This document shows positions 1-13,689 of a stretch of DNA of 64,000 nt, piece after piece; position 1 is the first letter of the stretch; the number at the start of each line of letters is the position of its first letter. Origin of the DNA: Octopus vulgaris (lineage: Eukaryota); NCBI GenBank assembly GCA_951406725.2, contig OX597816.1, positions 8,804,001 through 8,868,000 of the forward strand. Direction: 5' to 3'. A model generated the notes under the pieces. The model searched no databases, was not told where the DNA came from, and was given only the letters and a program-made list of their open reading frames with translations. A program made the translations under genes and the position numbers.

Positions 1-399
1 CCGTCTAAGGTTTAGTCAAACAAATCAACCCCAGTACTTATTATATTGGTCTCTTTTGCTGAACTGCCAAATAGGTAACCCTGCAACAGACTGGCATTCC
101 ACTTAGGTGGAAAGTTGGCCTGTCTACCAAAATAGCAAGGTGGCACCATTCAAAAGCTAAAACAATGCAAAACACTTTGTGAATAACGATATTTAATAGC
201 TTAGTTGATATTGCAATACACACACACACACACACGTGCACACACTGATACATACATACACACATAGACTTATACAGGTGTGATTTACTCCACCAAATTT
301 ACTATTGATAAAAGCATAAAATTCTAATTCCTAATTAATGGTACTCAATTTAGCAGAAATCATAAAACATGCCACTTAAATACTGTTTTCTTCTTTTAA

Positions 400-780
400 C
401 ATTATTCTTATCAACAGACATGTCGGCATACTTTCACTGAAGATTTAGTGATGCCATACTGTTTAGTTGAGTTTGACCTGTTGTTTCCTCAGATATATTT
501 TCATTTACCTGAGGCTGTTGAAGGAGAGTTCTGCAGAATGTGCAATATAGCAGCAGAATGGTTGCCAAGATACCAGCAGTATTGTTGAAGATTGGCAGTA
601 TGCCATGAAGATTGTTCTTGTAAACAATTTCAACAAAACCATCTGCAGTTTCTTGTATTTGGTCCATGACAAACTTTGTATAAATTGTTTTTCTCTGTCT
701 TTAGGAGATCAGAATGTGATGCAACAAGATTGCACACCTCATGTGCTTCTTTCGAGGCAGCAAAATTAATGATTAAAAAA
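400..780 (-). pseudogene. Degenerate hAT transposase, C-terminal dimerization-domain fossil
   Basis: Frameshifted reading ILATI...SAELSFNSLR*MKIYLRK/TTGQTQLNSMASLN resembles the hAT dimerization motif SAERSFSxLxxIKTYLRSTMxQxRLNxLAxLNI. Confidence 0.65.
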
Positions 781-827
781 ATACTCAGGACATGAAATAT
801 GTTTTTCTAACATGTCAAAACGTCTTT

Positions 828-1015
828 ATTCTGTTGTTTCTGGGGAGAGTCATTTTCTTTTTGTGCCTTATATTGTAACACACTCACCGGTAAAATTTTG
901 ACTTTTTTCTTATTTTTTATTCTCCTAAAATTTTCGTTGCGTCTTGCAACCTTTTCAATAGTTTTGACTCTCAACACACGAACTCATATAAAGAACCTTG
1001 CAAACCAAATCCCAA
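828..1015 (-). mobile_element. Short PLE-type element with U3-A8 minimal hammerhead (925-961); second copy at 58811-59125
   Basis: Minus strand CTA-TTGAAAA-G-GTTGC aagac GCAAC-GAAA-ATT-T-TAG; the same sequence recurs at ~58.8-59.1 kb. Confidence 0.55.
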
Positions 1016-1140
1016 AACGAAAAACGTCTTTAATTTCACACTAACTGACAAATATTAGCAATGTACTCCTGTCAAAGTTTACATAAAGCTCAGCAAATTT
1101 GAGACCAAAACTTTCAAAATGCTTTGTCAGGCAAACATTC

Positions 1141-1753
1141 TTAAGCCTTTAGCATTTAAAGTGGCCACAATGTCATTCTAAAAATATACAATCTATGTAT
1201 ACAAATATACATAGGTGTAGGAGTGGCTGTGTGGTAAGTAGTTTGCTTACCAACCACATGGCTCCGGGTTCAGTCCCACTGCGTGGCACCTTGGACAAGT
1301 GTCTTCTACTATAGCCTCGGGCCGACCAAATCCTTGTGAGTGGATTTGGTAGACGGAAACTGAAAGAAGCCTGTTGTATCAGTTGAACTGTCCAACCCAT
1401 GCTAGCATGGAAAGCGGACACTAAACGATGAGGATGATGATATATGTTTGTGTGTCTGTGTTTGTACCCCCTTGACAACCGATGCTGGTGTGTTTATGTC
1501 CCCATAACTTAGCAGTTCGGCAAAAGAGACTGATAGAATAAGTACTAGGTTTTACAAAGAATAAGTCCTGGGGTTGATTTGCTCAACTAAAGGCGGTGCT
1601 CCAGCATGGTCACAGTCACATGACTGAAACAATTAAAAGAGAGAGTAACCACATGATTGAAATCTCAAAGCTATAAATACATGCTTAATTAAAAACAATG
1701 AGAATAAATAGGCGTTAGATTTGAAAAAATAATCTCAATGCTAATGGGTTAAG
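1141..1753. mobile_element. piggyBac-type MITE family 2 with a SINE inserted; relatives at ~8218-8440 and 58261-58667
   Basis: TTAA-flanked ends like CCCTTTAGCAT...ATGCTAAAGGG, degenerate in this copy. Confidence 0.55.
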
Positions 1754-3146
1754 ATGACGAAAGAGTTCAGGGAAACCAATTAGGAGTAAAACAACAGAAA
1801 AAGTGGGTGGGTGGGAGAGAATGTGAATTCATCCTTGAGAATCATTACCAAGCAATCCATTCTCTCCCCTCTCTCCCTATTTCTGGTGCATGTAGAAATC
1901 TAGGCAAGGGGAGTCTCAATCACCACTGATACCAAAGTCCAACAATGGTTTAAATTTTTTGGAGCCATTTTGTTTTCTACTCCTAGGTAACCTCGTGCAG
2001 GCGTACCACGTGTATATTATACAGACATATGGCAAGTGTACTGTAGACTACAAAATAAGAAAAATACAAAATAAGACAAACTTAGATATAAAAATTATTT
2101 GAGCAAGGTTTTACTGACATTTGACTTCCTGATATACAACTTTCTTGGGTAAATTTTCAGATTATTTCACATTAACACCTGCACGATTCTATATATATAT
2201 ATTCCCTGAATTAATGCGGCATTAATAAACAAATTGATGGGTGAGCGTTTGACCCAATCAGATGCACGTGTAGCATGCAAGCATTGATATATGGGTTCAG
2301 TTCTGGTTAAGGTTTGTTCATCATTTTTCAGTCAATTTGTTTATGTATAAATGTCGGGTTCAGTCCCACTGTGTGGCAACTTGGGCAAGTGTCTTCTACT
2401 ATAGCCTTGGGCTGACCAAAGCTTTGTGAGTGGATTTGGTAGACGGAAACTGAAAGAAGCCTGTTGTATATCATCATCATCATTGTCGTTTAACATCTGC
2501 TTTCCTTGCTGGCATGGGTTGGACGGTTTAACTGATGACTAGCGAGCCAGAAGGCTGCAATAGGCTCAATCTGATCTGGCAAAGTTTCTACAGCTGGATG
2601 ACCTTCCTAATACCAACCACTCAGAGAGTGTAGTGGGTGGTTTTATATGCCACTGGCATGAGAGCCAGTCAGGCAGTTTTAGCAACAACCATGCTCAAAA
2701 GGTAATTTTTACGTGCTGCTGGCACTGGCCACGACCATATTTGAATGTTGTTTTTCACGTGCTAACAGCATATGTGCTGGTTAGGCGACGTTGGCAACAA
2801 TCACACTCGAATGGTGCTTTTTACATGCCACCAGCATGGGAGCCAATTTGTGATCCTGGCAACGATCATGCTCGGATGTGCTTCTACCGTTCCACTGGCA
2901 TGAGTGCCAATCAGGCGATACTGTCATCGGCCACGTCAGCGATTTTGATTTGTTTTCACTTGCCTCAAGAGGTCTTCACAAGCAAGGTTTATTGTCCAAT
3001 GATTTAGGGGTACTCATAAGTGGGCCGGTTACACCCCACATTTGGATGTGCTTTTAACATTCCACTGGCACAAGTGCCAATCAGGCGGTTCTGTTATCGG
3101 CCACGTCAGCAATTTTGATTTGATTTCACTTGCCTGTGTGTGTGTG

Positions 3147-3177
<31 letters not shown>

Positions 3178-4488
3178 TTATGTGTGTGTTTGTGTGTGTG
3201 TGTGTGTTTATGTGTGTGTATGTGTGTCTTTGTGTCTGTGTCCCTCTATCATCGCTTGACAACCAATGTTGGTGTGTTTATGTCCCCGTAGCTTAGAAGT
3301 TCGGCAGAAGAGACCAATAGAATAAGTTCCAGATTTACAAAGGGATCGATTTCTTTGACTAAAAGGCAGTGCTCCAGCATGGCCGCAGTCAAAAGACCAA
3401 AATAAGTAAAAGAATATCTATATAATCTATCCATATATATTTATATACAAACACACACACAAACACAAACACACACACACACAAAACACACACGCATATA
3501 TCTTAAGGATATATATATATCTATGTTCATACTTACTTATGTTAAAGCTAGTCGTATTTTATTAAAAAGGTAACTGAGCCATTTTTCAATAGAGATTGAT
3601 TATGTAAATACCGGATTGAAGAAGTATTTAGCAGATTTGCTATTATGGCTTAAAAGCTTGAAGCATGACCACAGTTCCAGATATCTGGAACGAGAGAATG
3701 TTAAAAGGAAGAAAGGAATTCTATAACTGCCGACCAGTTTACCACCACCACCACCACCACCACCTGGTCTTTGGGCCTCTTTAGCACTGTTCACTCTATT
3801 TCATGCATTTAAGCCAAATTCCTGATTTCCCCTTCCTTATGGTTTTAGTTGCAAACATTCTTTTCTACTCTAAGCACAAGGCCCAAAATTTTTGGGGAGG
3901 GGGTCAGTCAATTAGATCAACCCCAGTACGCAACTGGTACATAATTTATCGATCTCAAAAGGATGAAAGGCAAAGTTGACATCAGCGGAATTTGAACTCA
4001 GAACATAAAGACAGATGATATATCATCATCATCGTTTAACGTCCATCTTCCATGCATGCATGGGTAGGACGGTTCACAGGAGCTGGCCATTTAGAAAACC
4101 TACCCTATGCTACTGTGTCTGTTTTGGTAGGGTTTTTATGGCTGGATGCTCTTCCTAACACTAACCATACTGCAGAGTGAACTCAGTGATTTTTATGTGG
4201 TACTAGCACAGGCGAGGTTAATTTTGGTATGATTTTTACAGCTGGATGCCCTTCCAAATGCCAACTGCTTTACAGTGTGGACTGGATGTTTTTTATGTGG
4301 CACCAGCACTGACAGGGGGTGACCAAGTAACTCATGAGAAGGGCACAGGCATTTGAGGAAGGGAACTTGTGTCAGAGGATGAAACGTTAGAGGGTGACAA
4401 AGAGACAGAGAGGCAGAAACAGGTGTCTTGCTATAGGTACATGTATATATATAAGTATATATATATATATATACACGTTATAGGTACA

Positions 4489-4533
<45 letters not shown>

Positions 4534-5470
4534 GTGTGTGTGTGTGTGTGTGTGTATGTATGTGTATATATATATATGCAGCAGGCTTCTTTCAGTTTCC
4601 GTCGACCAAATCCACTCAAAAGGCTTTGACTGGCCCAAGGCTATAGTAGAAGACACTTGCCTAAGATACCACACAGTGGGACTGAACCCGGAACCATGTG
4701 GTTGGGAAACAAGCTTCTTACCCCCCTCACACACACACACAAACACACACACTCATGTATGTATGTATTTAATCTGTTGTTTGACATGAAGAAATAACAA
4801 TCCAATAACAATGTCTTTAGTGCAAATTAATTTCTTCCTACGTAATTAATTTTGTCAACACACTGACAATGTTCTGTTATCTTCAAATAAATTATTTTCA
4901 TTCAAACTGAAGCAGCCATTCTCCTTGTTTTCGATTGTTCTTCCTATTCACCGATTTATCGTCAACAACAATGACAACTCTCTTGCCACCATTTTATAAA
5001 TTGTTTGCGGTAAAGAGTGCAACAATAAAACTGCATTTTACAGGTTGACGAACATTAAAGCAGGGAGCACATATCACGTAATTATCAAAACCATAATGAT
5101 AACTGAAAATAGAAAAAGAAAGTTAAACGAATTAGCTTCCTGAAAACACCGTTACCATATACTTAACTTCACTAATGTCATTTCCAGTGGTCTCGTAAAA
5201 TATGGGAGGTCACACCCTGTTTTTGAAGTTTATTTGTTAATTTCTTTGTAAATCTGGCTTTTATACTCCATTCATTCATTTCTTTTCTTACTATAACCAA
5301 CCGTTTTATTACATATATATAACATGTATGTATATGCCACATGGCATGTGTTTGAACAACAAAGACAAATACAGGTATGTCAAATAATATACAACATAAA
5401 TTCATGGTTTATTAGAATTATCACTGCCTCTAGAAGATGTGTTATAATTATAGTGATGTTGACATCCTAT

Positions 5471-5720
5471 GCCCACGGTCATATGGCGTAGTGGTTAAGA
5501 GCGCGGGCTACTAACCCCAAGATTCTGAGTTCGATTCCAAGCAGTGACCTGAACAATAATAATAATAATAATATCAGCATCGAAAAATACCTTAGGAATG
5601 AGAACCTAGGTTCGGAATTTCCCCAAGACACCTGAAGAAGGCTGGAGGGTATATCAGCCGAAACGTTGTGTTAACAACATACAAGATGAGGACAAATCTT
5701 CGTCAAATGTAATCTTTCAC
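5471..5720 (+). mobile_element. tRNA-headed, hammerhead-carrying Penelope-derived short element
   Basis: tRNA-like 5477-5549, (AAT)n linker, HHR 5627-5672; homologous to 26700-26975 and 43290-43550. Confidence 0.75.
5627..5672 (+). ncRNA. Minimal type I hammerhead ribozyme (canonical core)
   Basis: GACAC-CTGAAGA-A-GGCTG..CAGCC-GAAA-CGT-T-GTGTT: stem I GACAC/GTGTT, stem II GGCTG/CAGCC, palindromic ACGU stem III, predicted cut after 5667. Confidence 0.75.
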
Positions 5721-6914
5721 ACATGCCACTGGCACGGGTGCCAGTAAGGCGATGCTGGTAACAATCATGCTCGAATGGTGTTTTTATGTTCCACTGGCAC
5801 AGTGGCCAGATAGCCGCTCTGGCAACGATCATGCTCGGATGGTGCTCTTGGCACCCTACTAGCATGGGGCTCGAGTGCTAGTAATGCGACGCTGGTAATG
5901 ATCACGCTCGAATGGTGCCTTTTAAGTGCCACTGGCACGGAAGCCGGTTAGCCGCTCTTGACAGAAAGCTTGTAACATCACATGAATTCTTTTGCAACCA
6001 CTTGTCTCCAAGTAAATGAGGCAAACATACACATGTGTGGGTGTGTATGTGAGTGGACCGACTCAGTGCATGTTGAAGAATCAACAGGCAATGCATGGCA
6101 TGAATTTAGAAATGTGTTCCTTTATATAAGGGATGAACCAGAAGTCCCTGACTTCCACATCAACCGGAAGTTTCTAGAATTACTCCTTACTTGTTTCAGT
6201 CATTTGACTACGGCCATGCTGGAGCATCACCTTTAGTCGAGCAAATCGACCCCCTAGACTTATCCTTTGTAAGCCTAGTACTTATTCTATCGGTCTCTTT
6301 TGCTAAACCGCTAAGTTGCGGGGACGTAAACACACCAGCATCAGTTGTCAAGCGATGTTGTGGGGGACAAACACAGACACACAAACATATACACAAACAC
6401 ACACACACACACACACACACATACACACACACACACATACACACACATACACATATATATATGCATATATTCAATGGGCTTCTTTCAGTTTCTGTCTACC
6501 AAATCCACTCACAAGGCTTTGGTCGGCCCGAAGCTATAGTAGAAGACACTTGTCCAAGGTGCCACGCAGTTGGAATGAACCTGGAACCATGTGGCTGGTA
6601 AGCAAGCTACTTACCACACAGCCACTCTTGCACCTGTTTGAGAACTTTCTAGAAGGTTGAAGGAGAGTACTCTTGTTAAGTCCCTTTTTCAGTTTGCTTT
6701 CCTGCTTGACCACCAGGGTTCACTACATAATTAATTAAATAGCAATTAAGACCAACTTTTACAAAAAAGAGTAGAAAACATTTATGGCCCAAATAATTTG
6801 TACAATTTAAGCAAAAATGAGCTAAGGGAAATTACTCAGAAGAGCCAGTGACACTAATGTTTTCTTCCTTGTTTAGGGTGGTGATGATGACCAGGGAAAA
6901 ATATCACAACCGTC

Positions 6915-6915
6915 G

Positions 6916-6946
<31 letters not shown>

Positions 6947-7057
6947 TATCACCATCATCATCATCATTATCACCATCATCATCATCATCATCATCATTAT
7001 CATCATCATCATCATCATTATCACCATCATCATCACCATCATCATCATCATCATCAT
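6915..7057. repeat. (CAT)n imperfect microsatellite
   Basis: Directly visible. Confidence 0.95.
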
Positions 7058-8760
7058 TTAACATCTGTCTTCAATGCTGGCACAGGTTGGTTGGTTTGTC
7101 AGGATCCAAAGAGCCAGAGAAATGTCTGTTTTTGCATGGTTTCTGTAGCTGAATGTCTTACCTGATATCATCTACTTTACAGGGTGTACCGGGTGCCTTT
7201 TGTCATGGTAAAGGCACTAGTGAGATCACAAAGAAACTTGCAAACACAGAATAGATAAATAGATAAGATGGAATAGACAAGACAAGACCAGAGAGAAGGG
7301 ATGTAGAATAGAACAGACTGTCATTGAAGGGGTCACAGAATGTGTGATGACAGAACTGACAGATAAGCTAATAATGATAATAAAGCTAAAGAGAAGATCA
7401 AATAAACAGGTGTTTGTTTATTGGCAAAATGACCATCCCCAAATATAATGATATTTGTTTCAACACACAATTTCCCATCAAGAATCTTGCAAAACAAATA
7501 CTTAAATGTAAACCTTTAGGTACCAGTGATACATAAAAAGCACCATTCTAGTGCAGTCGATGCCTGTGCTGCCTGGCTGGCTCCCATGCTGGTGGCACGT
7601 AAAAAGCACCATTCAAGCATGGTTGATACCAGTGTTGCCTGACTGGCTCCTGTGCCGGTGGCATGTAAAAAGCACCATTCAAGTGCAGTCGATGCCTGTG
7701 CTGCCTGACTGGCCCTCACACTGGCGGCACGTAAAAAGCACCATTCAAGTATGGTCATTGCCAGCACCACCTGACTGGCCCCCATCCCCCATGCCAGTGA
7801 CATGTAAAAAGCACTCACTACACTCTTGGAGTGGTTAACATTAGGAAGGACATCCATCTGTAGAAATTTTGTTAGATCAGATTGGGACTTGGTGCAGCCT
7901 CCTGGATTGCCAGTCCTCAGTCAAACTGTCCAACCCATGCCGGCATGGACAACAGATGTTAACCCTTTTGATACCAACCCGGCTAAAAGCACCTCTAGCT
8001 CTGTAATACAAATGTCTTGTTTTCATAAGTTTTGAATTAAAATCTTCTACTAAACCTTAGTCACAATTTATTTTCCTAACACTAGTTGAATGATAACTAA
8101 GTTACTTTGCTAAATTCTTTATTATATTTAAAGTAATTGAAAGAAACACAGAGCATCTCAAAATACATACAGTAACGAAAGGGTTAAACAATGATGTTGA
8201 AACCTTGATAATTTTCTTAAACTCTTTTAGCATTTAAACTGACCGTATCTGGCCAAAATATTCTACCTGTTTTATGCTCCGACTGGCCAAATCTGACCTC
8301 TCTGACCTTACTCTTACAGTGTCATGCTAAAACTAAACAATCACATCATTGAAATCTTGAAGGTACGAAATATTTTATGAATAGTTCAAAACAACATGAA
8401 TAAATATAAGCATTGCTTTTGACAGACTAAACTGAATGTTAAAATGATGCTTGTGATAAAAGCTAGGATGCTGTGGGTATTGAACTGCAAGTAAATCACC
8501 AATAGGTAGAAGATCTGTTTGTGAATAACCATCGTTATCTTGGAAAGTCGTTTCTGAAAGCATCATTGTTGTTATGATGTTTGGAGGTGATGGTAGTGGT
8601 GGTGGTGATGGTGGTGGTGATGGTGGTGGCATTGTCAGCAGTGGTGTTGCTGTTGTTGTTCCAGTTAAGCTCTTTTCAGGCAGACCAATAAACAAAAACA
8701 TTCTAACCTTGACCACCTCTACATTCCTTAGTTTACTTCAAACTGCTTTATTCAAGATAT

Positions 8761-8862
<102 letters not shown>

Positions 8863-10493
8863 TTTTAAAGGTTGTAGAGTATGATTTGAGAAAAAGAGAG
8901 ACAGAAATTTTGACTGACATTTCTAGCATGTTAAACGACCACTTAATGGCTCCTTCATTGGCCTCGTATCTCTTTGGTAGATATACAGCATATGACCTTT
9001 TTAGCAACGAGAGTCAATTATTTAAGCGAGCAAAACAGGATATAGTAGTTATGAAGAAGAAAAAAGAAATCTAGTTTAGAATAATAACACTGCAAGAGGT
9101 TGTAGAATATTTAAATTTAATACTGCAGAACACTTTCATACATACAGTTTATATCTAAACACATCGTGGACATTGAGAAATGTAGCTGAAAGTGGGCATG
9201 GTAAGTCTAATAACTGCTTTTGTATAAGACACAGCCAATATGTTAATGTGCAAACTTCTCTCACTACATTTTCTGGAAACATGCATCGTGACTGGATTAA
9301 ATAGATAATTCTAGAAGCAATCTTGATTGACCCTTTTGTTACAGTATTTATTTTGAGATGTTCTGTGTTTCTTTCAATTAATTTTAAATATAACAAAGAA
9401 TTTAGTAAAATAACTTAGTTATCATTCAGTTAGTGTTAGGAACATAAATTGTGACTAAGGTTTGGTGGAAGATTTTAATTCAAAATTTACGAAAACAAGA
9501 CATTTGTACTACAGAACCAGAGCTGGTTTCAGCCGGGTTGGTAATGAAAGGGTTAACTTCTGTTTCTTGATCTCACCCACCTTCGTTTCTTAATGCAAGA
9601 CATCCTTTAATTAAGGTTGTATTCCTTCATCCAAATTTCACATTCAGATTATTTTATTTGCAACAAACAGAGCTTGGTGTTCTAAAGTTTTTATCAATTT
9701 CAACACAATTGTTATCCTTTCAGCTAATTTCCATTATAATTGGATGGCAACACATTTAAAACTATTGTAGTCTACCCTTGTCCATTTTCTAAAATGGTGT
9801 AAATATTCTGGAAAATACAATAAATAGGTGAGTACGTCTCTCTCTTTGCTGTGTATTTAGTTCCCCAGACTAAGTTTTAGATTTTGTTATCTTTTACTTG
9901 TTTCCATCATTAGACTGTGGCCATGCTGGGGCACCACCTCAGAGGGTTTCAGTTGATTGAATTGACTGCAGTACTTATTTTTTATAAACCCTTGTACTTA
10001 TTCTATCAATCTCTTTTGCTGTACCACTAAGTTACGGGGATGTAAACACACCAACACCAGTTTGTCCCCTATCACTGCTTGACAACTGGTAACTTAGTGG
10101 TTCAGCAAAACAAATCGATAGAATAAGTACCAAGCTTTATAAAAAAATTATAAGTACTGGAGTTGATTGGTTTGACTAAAATTCTTCAAGTTGGTGCCCC
10201 AGCAGCGCCACATCTAGGCAAAAGATAGAAGATGGATTTTTGAAGCAAAGTCTTTCATTTAAATCCCTTTAAACCAAGATCCTTGAGTGGTGTTGGTCAG
10301 GTGGTACTGAAAAGTTCAAATTAGCAGCTTTGAACATTTCACTGCTTTGTAGTACATATGACCCCCATGGACAGCTTAGGAGAAGAAAAATCAGTTTTCT
10401 TCATATTTATTGACAAGCTCGGATTATTTCCAGATTTTTTTGTGGTATTTATATACAGTTGAATATATATGCTAAAGCTATATCATCATCATT

Positions 10494-10537
<44 letters not shown>

Positions 10538-11086
10538 TATGTGTATGTGCATGTATACTCATACATATGAGCATGCGTATACTTGAATTAATATGTATGC
10601 ATATAGGTATGTATTTGTGTGTTTGTGTGTATGTGTGTATGTATACATGCACCCTCACACACACATATCCTCCTCCTCCTCCTTATCATCATCATCATCA
10701 TCATCATTTAATGTCTGTTGTCCATGCTGGCATGGGTTGGATGGTTTGACCAGGGCTGACAAGCTGGAAGGCTGTACCAGACTCCAGCCTCATTTGGTAT
10801 GGTTTTCTATGGCTGGATGCCTTCCCTAATGCCAACCACTCTGAGAGTGTAATGGGGGCAGTCACAAAGCTTTACTTAAACCTGAGCCTATAGCAAAAGA
10901 AGATACTTGCCCAAGGTACCATGCAGATGGACTGAGGCTGAAACTATGTGGTTGGGATGCCAACGTCTTCACTGTACAGCCACAAAGCCTGAGACAAAAA
11001 AGAAAAAGAAGGAACCATTAGAGGATATTAAAAATAACTGAGTTTTGAAAGATACAGCAACAGGTTTAGGAAAAAAGATTAAGTAT

Positions 11087-11510
11087 AGGCGCAGGAGTGG
11101 CTGTGTGGTAAGTAGCTTGCTAACCAACCACATGGTTCCGAGTTCAGTCCCACTGCGTGGCATCTTGGGCAAGTGTCTTCTACTATAGCCCCGGGCCGAC
11201 CAATGCCTTGTGAGTGGATTTGGTAGACGGAAACTGAAAGAAACCTGTCGTATATATGTATATATATATGTATGTGTGTGTATATGTTTGTGTGTCTGTG
11301 TTTGTCCCCCTAGCATTGCTTGACAAACCGATGCTGGTGTGTTTACATCCCCGTCACTTAGCAGTTCGGCAAAAAGAGACCAATAGAATAAGTACTGGGC
11401 TTACAAAGAATGAGTCCTGGGGTCGATTTGCTCGACTAAAGGCGGTGCTCCAGCATGGCCGCAGTCAAATGACTGAAACAAGTAAAAAGAGTAAAAAAAA
11501 AGAGTAAAGA
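11087..11510 (+). mobile_element. tRNA-derived SINE family A, representative copy (others ~1211-1645, 6190-6635, 14700-15108, 16775-17180, 18255-18653, 33872-34262, 40120-40480, 48095-48480)
   Basis: A box TGGCTGTGTGG and B-box-like GTTCAGTCC, then TTGGGCAAGTGTCTT, an internal TA/TG microsatellite and an (AGTAAAAG)n tail; more than 15 copies on both strands. Confidence 0.85.
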
Positions 11511-12024
11511 GTATATTAAAGAAACAAAAAACAAAAAGGTGGAGTGGTGGATGAAAGTGCAAAGCCCAGAGAGTGTTATTATTTGGTTAGGTGTTCATCC
11601 ATAGTCATTGACTCGAGTGTTATTAGGATAAACAAAGACATCTGAAGTGGAATCAGCTCACAATGTGGATGACAGACAATAGCACTTAGTATTGTGTAAT
11701 GAATGATTAAAAAGGAACACTTAAAAGTCTATGGATTTGTTGAGAGTGTCAACAGACCATTTCTGTGTGAGCTTGTGTTGCTTGTTAACTCTTAATCCCA
11801 CTTTTGTTATTCTTTTATTTGTTTATTCTTTTATTTGTTTATTCTTTTACTTGTTTCAGTCATTTGACTGCGGCCATGCGGGAGCACCGCCTTTAGTCGA
11901 ACAAATTGACCCAGGACTTATTCTTTGTAAGCCTAGTACTTATTATATCGGTTTTGTTTTTGCCAAACTACTAAGTTACGGGAACAAACACACACACATA
12001 AATATATACGCATATATATATGTA

Positions 12025-12462
12025 TATATATGAGTAGTTTTAGAGACAAAACCACCTTTAACTCAATCAACATTGAAAGATTTTATACCCGACCACTCCA
12101 TAAAATGTTAAAAATTAAATCTTATACTAACTATTTCTATTCTGAATCCTGTATTTTCCGTTTATAAGACTACACTGTTTCATGAAAGTACGTCAGTATT
12201 GATTAGATACGAGGTATCTAGTCTCAATACTTACTCGGGTTGACATACTCCCAATCTTCGGGTCTGGATTTCTCAAAATTTTTCACTACCCCTACCTCTT
12301 CATGAAACATGTGTAGTCTTATAAACGGAAAATACAGGATTCAGAATAGATATAGTTAGTATAAGATTTAATTTTTAACATTTTATGGAGTGGTCAGGTA
12401 TAAAATCTTTCAGCGTTGATTGAGTTGAAGGTGGTTCTGTCTCTAAAACTACTTTTATATAT
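12025..12462. repeat. Long inverted repeat (~160-bp arms) around an HHR-bearing spacer (PLE-type inverted pLTR)
   Basis: 12025-12186 is the reverse complement of 12299-12462; minus-strand HHR at 12167-12265. Confidence 0.8.
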
Positions 12463-13689
12463 ACGAATTAAACATTGGAGGCCTTGTAAAGGGTTCTGGG
12501 CACTGCTTTCTCTTCTGTCTAAGAGCTAGACACACACACACACATGTACATAATGTGTTTGTCTAGGTGTGTGTGTATTTATGAATGTATGTATAGATAT
12601 ATACTTTGTGGCTTGGACCATGTTTGATTATCAGGAAAATGGGCATTTAAGATCGACATTTGTTTAAATAAATTGCTTGTGATTTGGGGAAAGATGCCTG
12701 ACTATGTTTTTAAACTGGAATTGTATGGAGCTTTTATCATGCAGATGTATGAATATATTTAGATTCATTATTAAAAATAATGTCAGAGGAATTACAAGCG
12801 TGTTTCGTGGTCTGCTACCACAACAGCTCCTTTATAGGATCCAGTTAGTTCAAGACATCATCAGGAGGAACCATGTCCGGTTTCGTGGTTCCTCCTGAGC
12901 TGAATCAGCTGTAGCAAAATAGTTATAGTTGATTGTATTTATGTTATAATTTTTCAAATGAATTTGGAGTTTGTGGTTGGTTTATCTCCTTCCATACAAT
13001 GAAAAATGATGATGTATCTGTGTTCTTCTGTAACTCTGAAATTCCTGTAAGACACAATACCACACAGAACTGAATCAGTCAGACAGTCCTGAGATCATCA
13101 TCATCATCACTGCCACCGCCACCGCTTCCACCACCACCACCACCACCACCACAGCTGCTACCATCACTACTACCACCACCACTATGTAATGTCTGTTTTC
13201 CGTGCTAAAATGGCTTGGACTGTTTGACAGAAGCTGGCAAAGCCAGGAGCTACACCAAACTCCAGTTGTCTGTTGTGGCATGGTTTCTACAGCTGGATGC
13301 CCTTCCTAATGCCAACCACTTCACATAGTGTACTGGTTGCCTTTTACGTGGCACCAATACCAGTGCTCTATATGTGGCACCAGCACAAGTGTGGCACCAG
13401 CACAGATGTTTGAACAGATTCAAACAACATTTGGCCAAAACCATTCTGGTGATCAAACACATTTTTTATGTCATTGCTTTTTGTTTTCATATTTATCTTT
13501 ATAAAGACACATTAATTGAAAAATGTAGCTAATTGAAATGTAATTGTTTATTAGTAATTATCTCAATGAGTTCATTGATTAATATCCACTCAGAAACAAT
13601 TATATATAAATATCATCATCATCATCAATGTTTAACATCCACCTTCCATGCTAGCATGGGTTTATTTATATATATCATCATCATCATCA

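Noticed and set aside
5477-5549. Functional tRNA gene
   Set aside because: Imperfect stems, an atypical ACT anticodon, no oligo-T terminator, and it is embedded in a repeat with diverged copies.
6191-6660. Recurrent ORFs such as [25 protein letters not shown] and [12 protein letters not shown]
   Set aside because: Chance translations of SINE families A and C, repeated many times on both strands.
6848-7165. Poly-His, poly-Met and poly-Asp ORFs
   Set aside because: Translations of a (CAT)n microsatellite.
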